Positions 7,684-17,650 of a stretch of 50,237 bases of DNA are shown in pieces. Both the position numbers and the translations under genes were made by a program. The notes under the pieces are model-generated. The model saw only the letters and a list, made by a program, of their open reading frames with translations, had not been told where the DNA came from and did not search any database. The DNA is from a virus: IMG/VR virus record IMGVR_UViG_3300018080_000034; one strand, 5' to 3'. Within the stretch, counting starts at the first letter, position 1. Every line of letters starts with the position of its first letter.

Positions 7684-10253
7684 TGCCTGCACGAATACCC
7701 AATACGCATAGTGAGACGGAAATCCGGCAAGCGTTTCAGCGCTTGGCGTTTCGCTCTAGTGCATTGGAGGATGAAGCGGTGGGCGCAGGTCAGGTGCTCG
7801 TTACGCAGGTGGACGGATTACCGCCGACATGGACGACGGCATTGACTGCGCTGACGTTGTTGACGGTGGACAACATTACAATCAACGGCGCGACAATCAC
7901 AAGCGACACAGGCGCAATTTCATTTAGTAACGAGAACCTTTCAACAACCGGCATTATCTCTGGCGTTAATGTCACGAGCGGCGCCGATCCTGGGCATACG
8001 CACACGGCCTATATTCCGTATGCTGGCGCCACTGGCAATGTCGATCTAGGCGCGCACGATCTGACGACCACTGGCACTATCTCTGGCGTTAATGTCACGA
8101 GCGGTGCCGACCCTGGTCACACGCACGCAGCGGGTAGTATCGCTGAGGCTGACCCGATTGTGGGCGCCATTACTGGCCTCGTGAAAGCAGACGGCGCGGG
8201 GAACATTTCGGCTGCGGTGGCAGGGATCGACTATCTGACGCCGGATGGTGACGGGAGCGCGCTTACGGACTTGACGTGGGGCCAGATTGGCGGCACTCCT
8301 ACTACGCTTGCCGGCTATGGCATTAGTGACACGAAGGCCAATTTCGACGTAGCCTGTTCTGACGGTGCTTTTCAGTTTGTCGGCGATGCGCCCACTGCCC
8401 ACACGATAGCTTCACACTCTGACACCACTGCCACTGGCGCTGAACTTGACACGCTAACGGATGGTAGTAACGCGGACTTGCTGCATGAGCACGCCTGGTC
8501 TGTTCTTACGGGCACTCCTACAACTCTCGCTGGGTATGGAATCACTGACGTGCAACCGCTCGACGCAGACCTAACGGCGATTGCGGCGCTGGCGGCAACT
8601 GGCGGCTGGGCCAAGCGCACGGCGGCTGATACCTGGGAGATCAGTACGCCTAGCGCAGCCGACGTGGGTGCTGATCCGGCGGGGACGGCTGCTACTGCTG
8701 TCTCCGATCACGAGACAACCTACGACCACGATCATTACGACACAGCCTACGGCTGGGGGGATCATAGCACCGAGGGTTACTTGACGGCCGAGACTGACCC
8801 CATTGTTGGCGCGATCAATGGCCTGGTGAAGGCAGATGGTGGTGGCAACATTTCCGCTGCGGCCGCGGATACTGACTATCTCACGCCAGGTACAGCAAGT
8901 TCGACTTATGTACCATACACAGGCGCAACGAGTAATGTTGACCTGGGTACAAAAACTTTCACGACGACTGGGCAGTGCGATCTAGGGGAGACGAGACTTG
9001 CCGCCGATTCGCGGAAGTTGTATTTCGGTGCTGGAAATGATGCCGCGATCTATTACGACGGATCGCACATGGTCTTCGACTCGCGGGTTGTCGGGGGTGG
9101 TGACTTCATGTTCCAAGGCGGTCACATTACGCTGCCGGCGAACTATAAGCAATTGCGCTGCGGGCCAGGCAACGAGTATAGCGTGTATTGGAGCGGCAAT
9201 GATGCTGTTCATACGGTGACTTCTGGGGATATTGTGTTTCTTGGGGGTAATATCGGGGTTAGGACGGATGTGCCGGCCTGGGATATACACGTCAAGCGCA
9301 GCCAGGCATATACCACGGCGATTTATGTCGAGAATCCCAGTGGTGCGAACCTTGCATACGCAGGGTATTACGCAAAGGCGGACCTGGCGCGACTGGAGTT
9401 CCAAGTGCGAAGCTCTGGGACGCCCGGTCTTTTTGATGGCGTCCCGAACGCTAATATGGCGCTTTTTCGGTCGGGGCCTCAGACCGATGCGTTCATTATG
9501 ACTACAGGGAAAGATGCGCCTTTGTACCTGGCGACAAATGATCTCATGCGCCTAAGGATTACGGGTAGCGGGAGCGTTGAAATCTTGACGGATAACCTGA
9601 ACATTGTCAATGATAATAAGTCTTTGGTGCTGGGTGCCGGTGGGGATGCGAGTCTATCCTATGACGGCACTAACTTAGTCATTGACCCAAAGGTTGTCGG
9701 GTCAGGGCACGTCGATGTGCAGGGCGAAGTTCACGCCACGTCGTTCACCGGCGCCAATGTCACCAGCGGCTCCGATCCCGGGCACACGCACACTGGGTAC
9801 GTCTCTGCTATATCCAGGGGCGAGGTTTACTACTTCAATACTACTGGCCAATTCCTGTCTATCAGCGCTCAGTCAGATGGCTCGACTAACATGGTACATG
9901 CCGGGCCGGCATCAACGCTAGCCAATGCCCAGGACTTTGACAATGGCGGCTCGAATGACGGCACTCTGAGATACACCGGGTCAACGACGCGGTACTTCGC
10001 GGTGTCGGCCACTGTCTCATACCGCCAGGCCACAGGCGGCTCTCAGTTTGTGTGGGGCCTTGCTAAGAACGGATCGGTAATCACTAATTCCAAGGTTCTG
10101 AATTACACTGATGGCACGAACAAAGATGCCATTGCGCTTCAGTGTATTGTCGAATTGGCGCAGTACGATCATGTCAGGGTCTACGCAGGGAATATGTCGG
10201 ACACCGATAATTTCTACATGACGAGCCTGAACTTACGAGCGGTGGGGATGTAG
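7683..10253 (+). CDS. Tail fibre with internal HxH repeats
   Basis: 856 aa. Three copies of NVTSG(A/S)DPGHTH, two of TPTTLAGYGI(S/T)D and two of DPIVGAI(T/N)GLVKADG.GNISAA, all typical phage-fibre repeat motifs. The GTG start overlaps the upstream TAG. Confidence 0.8.
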   Translation: MPARIPNTHSETEIRQAFQRLAFRSSALEDEAVGAGQVLVTQVDGLPPTWTTALTALTLLTVDNITINGATITSDTGAISFSNENLSTTGIISGVNVTSGADPGHTHTAYIPYAGATGNVDLGAHDLTTTGTISGVNVTSGADPGHTHAAGSIAEADPIVGAITGLVKADGAGNISAAVAGIDYLTPDGDGSALTDLTWGQIGGTPTTLAGYGISDTKANFDVACSDGAFQFVGDAPTAHTIASHSDTTATGAELDTLTDGSNADLLHEHAWSVLTGTPTTLAGYGITDVQPLDADLTAIAALAATGGWAKRTAADTWEISTPSAADVGADPAGTAATAVSDHETTYDHDHYDTAYGWGDHSTEGYLTAETDPIVGAINGLVKADGGGNISAAAADTDYLTPGTASSTYVPYTGATSNVDLGTKTFTTTGQCDLGETRLAADSRKLYFGAGNDAAIYYDGSHMVFDSRVVGGGDFMFQGGHITLPANYKQLRCGPGNEYSVYWSGNDAVHTVTSGDIVFLGGNIGVRTDVPAWDIHVKRSQAYTTAIYVENPSGANLAYAGYYAKADLARLEFQVRSSGTPGLFDGVPNANMALFRSGPQTDAFIMTTGKDAPLYLATNDLMRLRITGSGSVEILTDNLNIVNDNKSLVLGAGGDASLSYDGTNLVIDPKVVGSGHVDVQGEVHATSFTGANVTSGSDPGHTHTGYVSAISRGEVYYFNTTGQFLSISAQSDGSTNMVHAGPASTLANAQDFDNGGSNDGTLRYTGSTTRYFAVSATVSYRQATGGSQFVWGLAKNGSVITNSKVLNYTDGTNKDAIALQCIVELAQYDHVRVYAGNMSDTDNFYMTSLNLRAVGM

Positions 10254-11179
10254 TGATGGGCGGCGCTTACGTTGCAAAACCCGCTCCTCCACCACCGGAC
10301 CCGCCGGGCGCGGATGGCCCGCCGGGCTGGGATGAGGATTGGGTGTTTCCTGGGCCGTTGCCGCCTGGGTACACGCCGGCTTATTCACTCGCCATTTCAG
10401 CGCCGTCTGGCGTGGCGGTCAACGGCGCCGTGGCTGTGTCTGCTTGGCTTCGGGATCATGGAACGTACACGACAGTTGAGCCAACTGGCAGTACGATAGT
10501 CTGGACGGCGACCATCGACGGCACGGCCGTTCAACTTCGATTCGAGGGCGGTGGGTCGTACGTGCCCAGTATTGCATCGAATTACAGCGACATTGGCGAT
10601 TACTGGGGGGCGGAGCCGTCTATTGAGCTTGAGCTTACGGAGGAACAGCAAGGCGAAACTCTGGTGTTGCGAGCGAGTAGCACGGTGGACGGGCAGAGTG
10701 TCGTCAAGACTGCTAATATCACCGTCGGAATTATTGCGACGCTCACGATTACCCATAACCATCCAGAGATATTGGGCGTGCCGTGGCAGTACACGATTGG
10801 TGGTTACTTGAACGCAATCAATCCAGCAGAGAGTATCGTAGATTTCGGTCTCGTTGTGTCTAATCTCACTGGGCCGGACTATGACGCCATTACTTGCCAC
10901 CCCGAAGATGATGGTGAAGTTGGCGATCCGATCTTGTATTCCGTGGAGAGTATATGCAGAACTGGGGTTGCTAGTGAGATTCATTGCCACAATCTCAGTG
11001 AAGGGCAATATGTCAGGATTCGCTTGAAGGCGCTCGGCGATCTCCATACGAATCCCTATTACGAAATGACGGCTGCACTTTCGGTGCTGGGCGAAGAGTA
11101 CACTATTGTTGTCCCAAGGACAACGAGTCTTTTTTCGTGGTTGAAGCTTCATGCTGACGGTAGTATTGAGTATTACTAA
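10253..11179 (+). CDS. Tail-associated protein of unknown function (possible second receptor-binding or fibre accessory protein)
   Basis: 308 aa with a Pro-rich N-terminus (PAPPPPDPPGADGPPG). GTG at 10253 or ATG at 10256 overlaps the fibre gene stop. The 3' two-thirds are visibly lower in GC than the neighbouring sequence. Confidence 0.4.
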   Translation: MMGGAYVAKPAPPPPDPPGADGPPGWDEDWVFPGPLPPGYTPAYSLAISAPSGVAVNGAVAVSAWLRDHGTYTTVEPTGSTIVWTATIDGTAVQLRFEGGGSYVPSIASNYSDIGDYWGAEPSIELELTEEQQGETLVLRASSTVDGQSVVKTANITVGIIATLTITHNHPEILGVPWQYTIGGYLNAINPAESIVDFGLVVSNLTGPDYDAITCHPEDDGEVGDPILYSVESICRTGVASEIHCHNLSEGQYVRIRLKALGDLHTNPYYEMTAALSVLGEEYTIVVPRTTSLFSWLKLHADGSIEYY

Positions 11180-11193
11180 TAGGAGCTAACGAA

Positions 11194-11730
11194 ATGGCAC
11201 TTCGAGGATGGCAAAGCGCTACGGCGCAGAACGCGGCCGAGCAAATGCGCTTGGCTAATCAACGTCGATACGAGCTTCTGAATCCGCAGCTACCGCAGCT
11301 ACCGCAACAAGCAGCGAGTGGTTTATCGTCGCTCGTGAGTTCTTACAATCAAGCCTACGAGCAGGCTAAGGCGGCCAATGAGCAGCGATACCAGCAGCTT
11401 CTCGGTATCGCTGACCAGACGACGCAGCAACGTGCCGCGGATGTGCGCAGCGCATACGGTCAGCAATCCGCGGATGTCATGCAGCAACTTGCGCGCACTG
11501 GAATGGCGAACACAACTGTTGCGCCTACAATGCAGATGGGTATTCAGCGCGAGCAACAGTCTGCGCTAGATCGGCTTGCGGATCAGATGCAACAGACAAA
11601 GATGGGTGTTATTGAGCGCAGAACTGACGCCTATCCCGACCAAGGTGCGCTGATGCAAACCTTGCAATCTCTCGGCCAGGGCTACGACCCCGGCTCGGTC
11701 TTTCAGGCCCTTGGGCGGCTCCGATTCTAG
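11194..11730 (+). CDS. Gln-rich putative internal virion protein
   Basis: 178 aa, Q/A-rich (QLPQLPQQ...). First of three ORFs occupying the position of the T7 gp14-16 internal core genes. Confidence 0.4.
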   Translation: MALRGWQSATAQNAAEQMRLANQRRYELLNPQLPQLPQQAASGLSSLVSSYNQAYEQAKAANEQRYQQLLGIADQTTQQRAADVRSAYGQQSADVMQQLARTGMANTTVAPTMQMGIQREQQSALDRLADQMQQTKMGVIERRTDAYPDQGALMQTLQSLGQGYDPGSVFQALGRLRF

Positions 11731-11741
11731 GAAGGCGAATC

Positions 11742-12881
11742 ATGGCAATAGAAGTCAGACATGACGTGCCGGCTGGCGCCGCGGCTGCCGGAGCTGCGCT
11801 TGCGGGGGCAGGGCTTGGCGCGCTTCGGCAATGGGAGGCACGTCGCCGCGCGGGTGAGATCATCGTCCAGAATGACGCTGCCCAAATGCGCCAACTACAA
11901 GCGCTGAATGCGCAGTCGCAGATACAGCAGCAGTCAATCCAAGCTCGTGCGCAACTCCAGCAGCAAGCCGCGCAGCAGGCAATGGAGCAAACTGCGCTGC
12001 GTGCTGGGCTTGGCGAGAAGTTGCAGGAGCAGCGCTTCGGCCAAGAATTGCAGCAGATGCACGAAGCGGCTCGCATCCAGGCCAGTCAGGTTGAGTACCA
12101 ATATACAGCCCAGCAAAAGCGTGAGTTTGCGAAGCTTAACCAGGCTCGCCAAGCTATCATGCAGAGCCGCGAGTTCTCGCCTGTGGAAAAGCGCGAGGCC
12201 CTGCGTCAGTTGGATTTACAGCAAGCAGGTATCGAGCCGTCCATGATGCCGCGTGACCCTCAGGCTGCGGCTGAGGAGCAATTCGCGCAGGCTTTCGTGG
12301 ACGAGAACACCGGTGCGCTAATGGGCTTTGATCGTAGCAACCGCCCACGTATGCTCGTTGCGCCTGACAAGATGCCGGAAGCCGTCGAGGCGCAACGCAA
12401 GCATGAGCTTGCGTTAGAGGATGCGAGGGCGCGAGTTAAGATCGAGGAACAGAAGCAATCCCTTCGCACGAAGCTGGCGAGCGAGCCTGTTATCACCACG
12501 GACAAGGATGGTAATAAGTCGATTTCGTACCGGAGTGCAGATGAGATAGAGCAGATCATGGAGCGCGCCTTCCCGTCACCGCCACTGCCGGAGCTAGGGG
12601 AACCTCAACCGCAACTCTGGTACAAGGAAGCGGAGCGGCAGGGGCTAAACGTGACGCCTAAAGACAAGACGTTGCCGCCGCATGTCGGCTACGCGCAGGC
12701 TATGGTGCGAACGGTCAAGCAGAAGTACGGGAGTTACCAGAATATCCCGGAGGCACTACGCCCAGCCTTCGATCAGGCACTGGAGATTCTGGAGCAAGCC
12801 CAGGCAGCGAGCCAGGAAGGCCAGAGAGAGTGGCTTGAACAATCGCTGGGGCCGACCACACTGCCGGTACGCGAGGGTTAG
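11742..12881 (+). CDS. Gln/Ala-rich coiled-coil putative internal virion protein
   Basis: 379 aa with long Q/A/E-rich heptad-like stretches. Immediately followed by the 1571-aa ORF (TAG then ATG). Confidence 0.4.
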   Translation: MAIEVRHDVPAGAAAAGAALAGAGLGALRQWEARRRAGEIIVQNDAAQMRQLQALNAQSQIQQQSIQARAQLQQQAAQQAMEQTALRAGLGEKLQEQRFGQELQQMHEAARIQASQVEYQYTAQQKREFAKLNQARQAIMQSREFSPVEKREALRQLDLQQAGIEPSMMPRDPQAAAEEQFAQAFVDENTGALMGFDRSNRPRMLVAPDKMPEAVEAQRKHELALEDARARVKIEEQKQSLRTKLASEPVITTDKDGNKSISYRSADEIEQIMERAFPSPPLPELGEPQPQLWYKEAERQGLNVTPKDKTLPPHVGYAQAMVRTVKQKYGSYQNIPEALRPAFDQALEILEQAQAASQEGQREWLEQSLGPTTLPVREG

Positions 12882-15800
12882 ATGCAACTAGACCCCGAAG
12901 TTCTGGATTTTCTAAAAACCGTCCCGCAAAACGTGCGCGCCGGCATGGTAATGCGGCGCGAGACACTTGATCGCTTTCGTGCGAGGCCGATTAACAGGCC
13001 ACCGATGCTTGACCCGGCGGTTCTGCGCACGGCCCGCGAGTTTAGGCAGTCCCGTGACGAGCAGGCGGCCAAGCTCCAGAAGGAGCGCATGGCAGCGCAG
13101 CGCGAGCGGAATATCACAAAGCAGTACATTCGCGAGCGATCTGTCACTCCGCCGTGGTTGATTGGGATAGGGTCTACTGTTCTCCCGCCCGTTGCCCGGA
13201 TGGTCGGTGCGGAGGAGTACGCCGATAAGCTCTATCGTTTCGCCGACGCCTACGAGGAGGTTGCGCGCGAGCGCGATGTCAAGGCTACCGGCCCCGCATT
13301 TCTACGTCGTAGCGTGCGCGGGGCAGTGCGGACTATACCCTCAATGGTGCTCGCCGGGGCTGCTGCCGGCCCCTATGGTGCAATTGGCGTGGCGGCTATG
13401 CAGGAAGCTGACCGTGCAATCACTGAGGGAAAAGACGCCGGCTTGCGCGGAAGGAAACTATCGGAGTATGCAATTAAGCAAGGTGTGATTGAAGGTGGCG
13501 TGGCCTCGCTCTTCCAGCGAGTCGGCCTCGGTGGCGTTGAGACGATGGCGGGTGGCAAGCAGGCGGTATCCGCGGGCGTGACCCAAGCACTCAAGCGTCT
13601 GGGTATCAGCACCCTACAAGAAGTGCCCGAGGAGATCATCACGGAACTTGGGCATAATGTTGTAGCGGCAACTTCCGGTGTTGAGCCGGAGGCCATGACT
13701 ACCGAGAATCTCATGCAGACGGCGGCTGATACCACTGCGCAAACCCTGATTACGATGGGCGTCGTGGGTGGGCCGTCTGTTCTCCGGGCCCGCACGCAGG
13801 CCCAGGCAAGCAAGCATCGCAAAGAGATCATGGACTATGCTAGCCAGGGCAAGGTGCCATCGCGCCGGCAATGGCGCGCCTGGGGCCTGCCGCTTGAGGA
13901 AGGAGAGTCGCGGAAGCAGCGCCGAGAGGCCGTGCAGCAGCTTGCGGACCATTACCAAGCAGTGGAGATTGCGAATGCTGTAGCGTCAAGCAGGGCGCCG
14001 ACGGAGGCCGCCTGGAAGCAGCTAGGGTTGCCCTTGCGCGAAGGTCAAGCGGCGGCAGTCGAGCCCGCCGCACAGGTCGAGCTTGCAACGTCTCCTGTGC
14101 AGCCAGCGGCGACAATGCCGGACGTGCAGGGGCTCGGTGAAAGTGCCGCCCTGCCAACAGTGGCCGAGCCGCAAGGCGATCCAATGCAAGCCCTGGGCAT
14201 CGAGCAGCCCTCCGAGGCTCGCGGCATGGCGCCAATGCGCCAGGACTTCCCCGTGAAGATGGAGGGCACTGGCGAGCGTGTGAGTGCCCGGGCGGCTGTG
14301 AAGAACATCGAGCAGATTTGGGGAGCGCCGATCTTCCGCGGTCGTTTGCGCGCCAAAGGTGTGCGTGGCATCTACAAGCCCAAGCGACATACAAGTCGCC
14401 TAGCTGCCGGCGAAGAGGCGTCGGTTGCGGTGGGCGCCCACGAGGTTGTTGGGCACCACTTTGACAACACGACCGACGTTCTGAAATCTGCGCCTGCTGA
14501 CGTTAAGCGGGAAGTCGGCAAGCTGGACTACGACATAAAGAAGCAGCGGCCGAGTGAAGGTTTTGCCGAGTTCATGCGCGCATATCTCACTGGCGGGACG
14601 GAGACTGCGAAGGGCGGCATCGACCTGGTCCGAGAGACTCCGAAGTTCCTGGCGCACTTCGAAAAGTGGCTCGACGCGCACCCAGAGTATCGCCAGAAGG
14701 TTGAGGCCACGAAGGCTCCGATTACCGCGCTGAAGGAAGCGGGATCGGTTGGCCGAGTGCTGGGGCAGATTAGCGAGACGGGCATAGACCCGGCGCAAAG
14801 TGATCCATTGCATAAGCGAGCCGTAGAATGGGTTAAGTTTTTGTATTGGCGTCTCAAGGAGGAAGGGCGGCCAATTTCGCGCTTCACGAAAGAAGCGATA
14901 GGCAAGGAGTATGAGCCGGGCGGTGACACAACACCATTTGAGGATTTCAATGCGCTGCGCCAGATCGGCCCGCACTTTGCGCGGACTGCGATTGAGAATG
15001 GTGTATTCCTCATCAATCCCGAAGGGGCTATGAGGAAGATTGGGCCGTCTATGGTGGAGGCGCTTGCGGACATTGAGCCCGGCGAAGACTACACGAACTT
15101 CCTGGCCTGGGCCTATGCTCGTCATGCAATCGAGTCATGGCATCGGGGTAAGAACCCTGGCATTACGATGGAGGACGCGCAGGACGCGATGCGTCGATTG
15201 CAAGACGCGCGATACGAGCGCGCTGCGAACATGCTGACTGAGTTCAACAACGCGCTGATCGCAGTGCTAATTGACGTGGGTGCGATTGATGCAAAGACGG
15301 GGGATAAGATTCTCGGTGAATATGAATACTACATTCCCTTAGAACGCGCCGTAGGTAAGCGCCGGCCCGGCGGCGGGGGGCGTCGGCTAGTTGATCTCGG
15401 CAAGGCAATCAAGGGCCGGCGCGGCTCGGGCTTCCAGATCATCGACCCTGTTGAAGCAACGCTCTCGCGGGCAATACGGTTATACGAGCGCGCGGCCAAG
15501 CAAGTTGTTATGAATAAGCTGATCGCCGTAGCTAAATCCACGCGCGGAATGGGGGGGTGGATTGACGAGGTATCGCCCAAGATTACGCCTACGCACTTTA
15601 AGTTCGATGAGATCAAGCCACAACTCTTAGGGTATATCGTAGAGTCGTCCAATATGAGCCCGGAGGCTGCCGGGGAATTACTGGACGCCATAGATCCGAT
15701 TGACGCGCTGACGGTCTGGCGGCCGGACCTAATGAAAGTTCACGGCGAGCCAATTGTTCGCGTAATCGTGGATGGCAAACCCCAGCTTTTCCAGGTCCAT

Positions 15801-17597
15801 CCAGAGCTTATTGATGCGCTTGGTGGCCTAGATACCCTAACGGCCCTTGATCCCGTGACGAAAGTTGCGCGCGCTTGTACGGGGTTCCTAAAGATCGGTG
15901 CGACTCGTGCAAATGTTGATTTCGTTGTGTCCAATGCGGCCCGCGATCTCCAGACTTTCTTGATGCAGGGCGAAAAGGGACTGGCTGGTGTGTTCGATCC
16001 TGCTCGATACGCCATTGCCTACGTGGCTGCTGAATTGAACCACGCTGCCGGCAAGAAGGGCAGTCCGTTGATTGAACTTTTCTTGCGAATGGGAGGCGAA
16101 CTTTCGACGTATGCCGGATTGGATCGGGCTCGCTTGCGTAAAGGCGTCAGTCGCGCTCTTGCTGGCAGACAGGGGAAACTTGAGACGGCCGCGAGTATTG
16201 TGGGCGTCTCTGAAATGGGGCCGCGAATTGCTGAGTTCGCGGCGATCTTGGATAACGAGGGATGGCTTCAGCGCGCGCAGGAGGGCGAGATGCCTCCGAT
16301 GCCAGTTCTCATTCGCGCGATCAATGCAGCGCATGACGTGACTGTGGACTTTCGGCGCATGGGTAAATGGGGCCGTTACCTGAATTACTACATCCCGTTT
16401 TTCAATGCACGTCTTGAAGGTCTTGATAAGTTCGTGCGTACCTTCAAGGACCACCCCGGCCGGTCTACCATGCGCGCCGCTATGAACATCGTGCCGCTGG
16501 CGATGATGTACTGGTGGTATCGCCACGACGATGATGATTACAAAGAACGGCCTGAATGGCAGGATGGTTTTTTCGTGCTTAAGGATGAGCAGGGCCGCCC
16601 ACGGTGGCGAGTGCCTAAGTCGCAAGAGTGGGGGCTGATTGAAACTGGTGTCGAGCGCATAATGGACCTAATGTACGACAAAGACCCCGAGGCTGTATCT
16701 CGCTGGTTCGGCCAGGCTTGGGATGTCTCGGACCCAATGAGTTTGCCGGCTGGTGCTACCCCCTTCTTCGAGACGTGGTTCAATTACGACGCTTTTCGTG
16801 AGCGACCGATTGTATCCGATCAGCTTCGGAAATTAGAGGGCCCCGATCAGTATTATGACTACACAAGTAGTGTCGCCAAACGGGTCTCTCGTGTTTTGCA
16901 TAATGTAAGTGGGGGTAAGGTGAGCCTAAGTCCTGCGAAGCTCGATCATTTAGCGAACGGGCTCTCGGGTGGTCTGTATGGCAAGATCAATGCGCCAATG
17001 GAGAAAATTGCATCAGGAGAACTGCCGTTCGGTTCTGATTGGCGCGTGAGTGACACGCCGGGCCTAAAGAGCATCACGCTTCGCAAGGAATACTTCAAGA
17101 GCGTGGATGATTTCTACCATGTCAAGGAATTACTCGATAAGGCGCACGAATCGGCTAAATTACGAGGCAAGGAAAGCGCGGAGCCGGAGAAGCGTCGCCG
17201 TATGAGCTACGCTGAATCGCTCATGGCCGACATCCGCAAGGCTGCGCGCAACTTACCGGCCGAAGAGCAGGAGGCCGCCGGACGGGCTCTGGCCGGGCTG
17301 GCACGCGCAGCCCTTGGCCGCGAGCCGCTTGACTCGTATCCGAACCCTATGGCGAATCCAGATGATCTTCCGGCCGCCATAGCGGAGGTGGTTCGCAAGC
17401 ACGTTGCACAGAAGGCCGTCACTGCATCGGGGCGGCCGGACTCGCCGACAACGCAGCACGCACAGCAGTACCTCAGTGACATGGGTATACATCCCCAGGT
17501 AGCGGGGGAACTGGCGTTCATGCGCCTGTTGTCGCAGGGGGTGAGCAGCGCAACTGCCTCTCGGCGCGCTGGTAACTTGCGGTCGCGTTCCTGGTAG
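12882..17597 (+). CDS. Giant internal virion / ejection protein candidate with an HEVVGHH metal-site-like motif
   Basis: 1571 aa, the largest ORF, at the position of T7 gp16. It carries GAHEVVGHHF (His codon at 14439-14441, residue 520), followed 33 residues after the motif by EGFAEFMRAY. No other signature is recognisable by eye. Confidence 0.55.
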   Translation: MQLDPEVLDFLKTVPQNVRAGMVMRRETLDRFRARPINRPPMLDPAVLRTAREFRQSRDEQAAKLQKERMAAQRERNITKQYIRERSVTPPWLIGIGSTVLPPVARMVGAEEYADKLYRFADAYEEVARERDVKATGPAFLRRSVRGAVRTIPSMVLAGAAAGPYGAIGVAAMQEADRAITEGKDAGLRGRKLSEYAIKQGVIEGGVASLFQRVGLGGVETMAGGKQAVSAGVTQALKRLGISTLQEVPEEIITELGHNVVAATSGVEPEAMTTENLMQTAADTTAQTLITMGVVGGPSVLRARTQAQASKHRKEIMDYASQGKVPSRRQWRAWGLPLEEGESRKQRREAVQQLADHYQAVEIANAVASSRAPTEAAWKQLGLPLREGQAAAVEPAAQVELATSPVQPAATMPDVQGLGESAALPTVAEPQGDPMQALGIEQPSEARGMAPMRQDFPVKMEGTGERVSARAAVKNIEQIWGAPIFRGRLRAKGVRGIYKPKRHTSRLAAGEEASVAVGAHEVVGHHFDNTTDVLKSAPADVKREVGKLDYDIKKQRPSEGFAEFMRAYLTGGTETAKGGIDLVRETPKFLAHFEKWLDAHPEYRQKVEATKAPITALKEAGSVGRVLGQISETGIDPAQSDPLHKRAVEWVKFLYWRLKEEGRPISRFTKEAIGKEYEPGGDTTPFEDFNALRQIGPHFARTAIENGVFLINPEGAMRKIGPSMVEALADIEPGEDYTNFLAWAYARHAIESWHRGKNPGITMEDAQDAMRRLQDARYERAANMLTEFNNALIAVLIDVGAIDAKTGDKILGEYEYYIPLERAVGKRRPGGGGRRLVDLGKAIKGRRGSGFQIIDPVEATLSRAIRLYERAAKQVVMNKLIAVAKSTRGMGGWIDEVSPKITPTHFKFDEIKPQLLGYIVESSNMSPEAAGELLDAIDPIDALTVWRPDLMKVHGEPIVRVIVDGKPQLFQVHPELIDALGGLDTLTALDPVTKVARACTGFLKIGATRANVDFVVSNAARDLQTFLMQGEKGLAGVFDPARYAIAYVAAELNHAAGKKGSPLIELFLRMGGELSTYAGLDRARLRKGVSRALAGRQGKLETAASIVGVSEMGPRIAEFAAILDNEGWLQRAQEGEMPPMPVLIRAINAAHDVTVDFRRMGKWGRYLNYYIPFFNARLEGLDKFVRTFKDHPGRSTMRAAMNIVPLAMMYWWYRHDDDDYKERPEWQDGFFVLKDEQGRPRWRVPKSQEWGLIETGVERIMDLMYDKDPEAVSRWFGQAWDVSDPMSLPAGATPFFETWFNYDAFRERPIVSDQLRKLEGPDQYYDYTSSVAKRVSRVLHNVSGGKVSLSPAKLDHLANGLSGGLYGKINAPMEKIASGELPFGSDWRVSDTPGLKSITLRKEYFKSVDDFYHVKELLDKAHESAKLRGKESAEPEKRRRMSYAESLMADIRKAARNLPAEEQEAAGRALAGLARAALGREPLDSYPNPMANPDDLPAAIAEVVRKHVAQKAVTASGRPDSPTTQHAQQYLSDMGIHPQVAGELAFMRLLSQGVSSATASRRAGNLRSRSW
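17573..17594 (+). promoter_or_regulatory. Conserved 22-nt box, copy A (taacTtgcggtcgcgttcctgg)
   Basis: Matches 49616-49637 at 21 of 22 positions. It sits 57 nt upstream of the first lysis-cassette ATG and overlaps the last codons of the 1571-aa ORF. Confidence 0.4.
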
Positions 17598-17650
17598 GGG
17601 GCTTCTGGTAGACTGGAAGGGTAGTGGGATTCTAGCGACAGAGACGAGGC

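Noticed and set aside
7683-10253. The repeated fibre segments as a diversity-generating retroelement (TR/VR pair).
   Set aside because: No reverse transcriptase ORF is present. The repeat copies differ by all substitution types rather than at adenines only, and both copies lie in frame within one gene.
12882-17597. Calling the giant protein a canonical HExxH zincin, or a virion RNA polymerase.
   Set aside because: The motif spacing is HEVVGH (HExxxH), not HExxH. No DxDGD-type or T7-RNAP-type motif was seen by eye. Only a tentative metal-site suggestion is retained.
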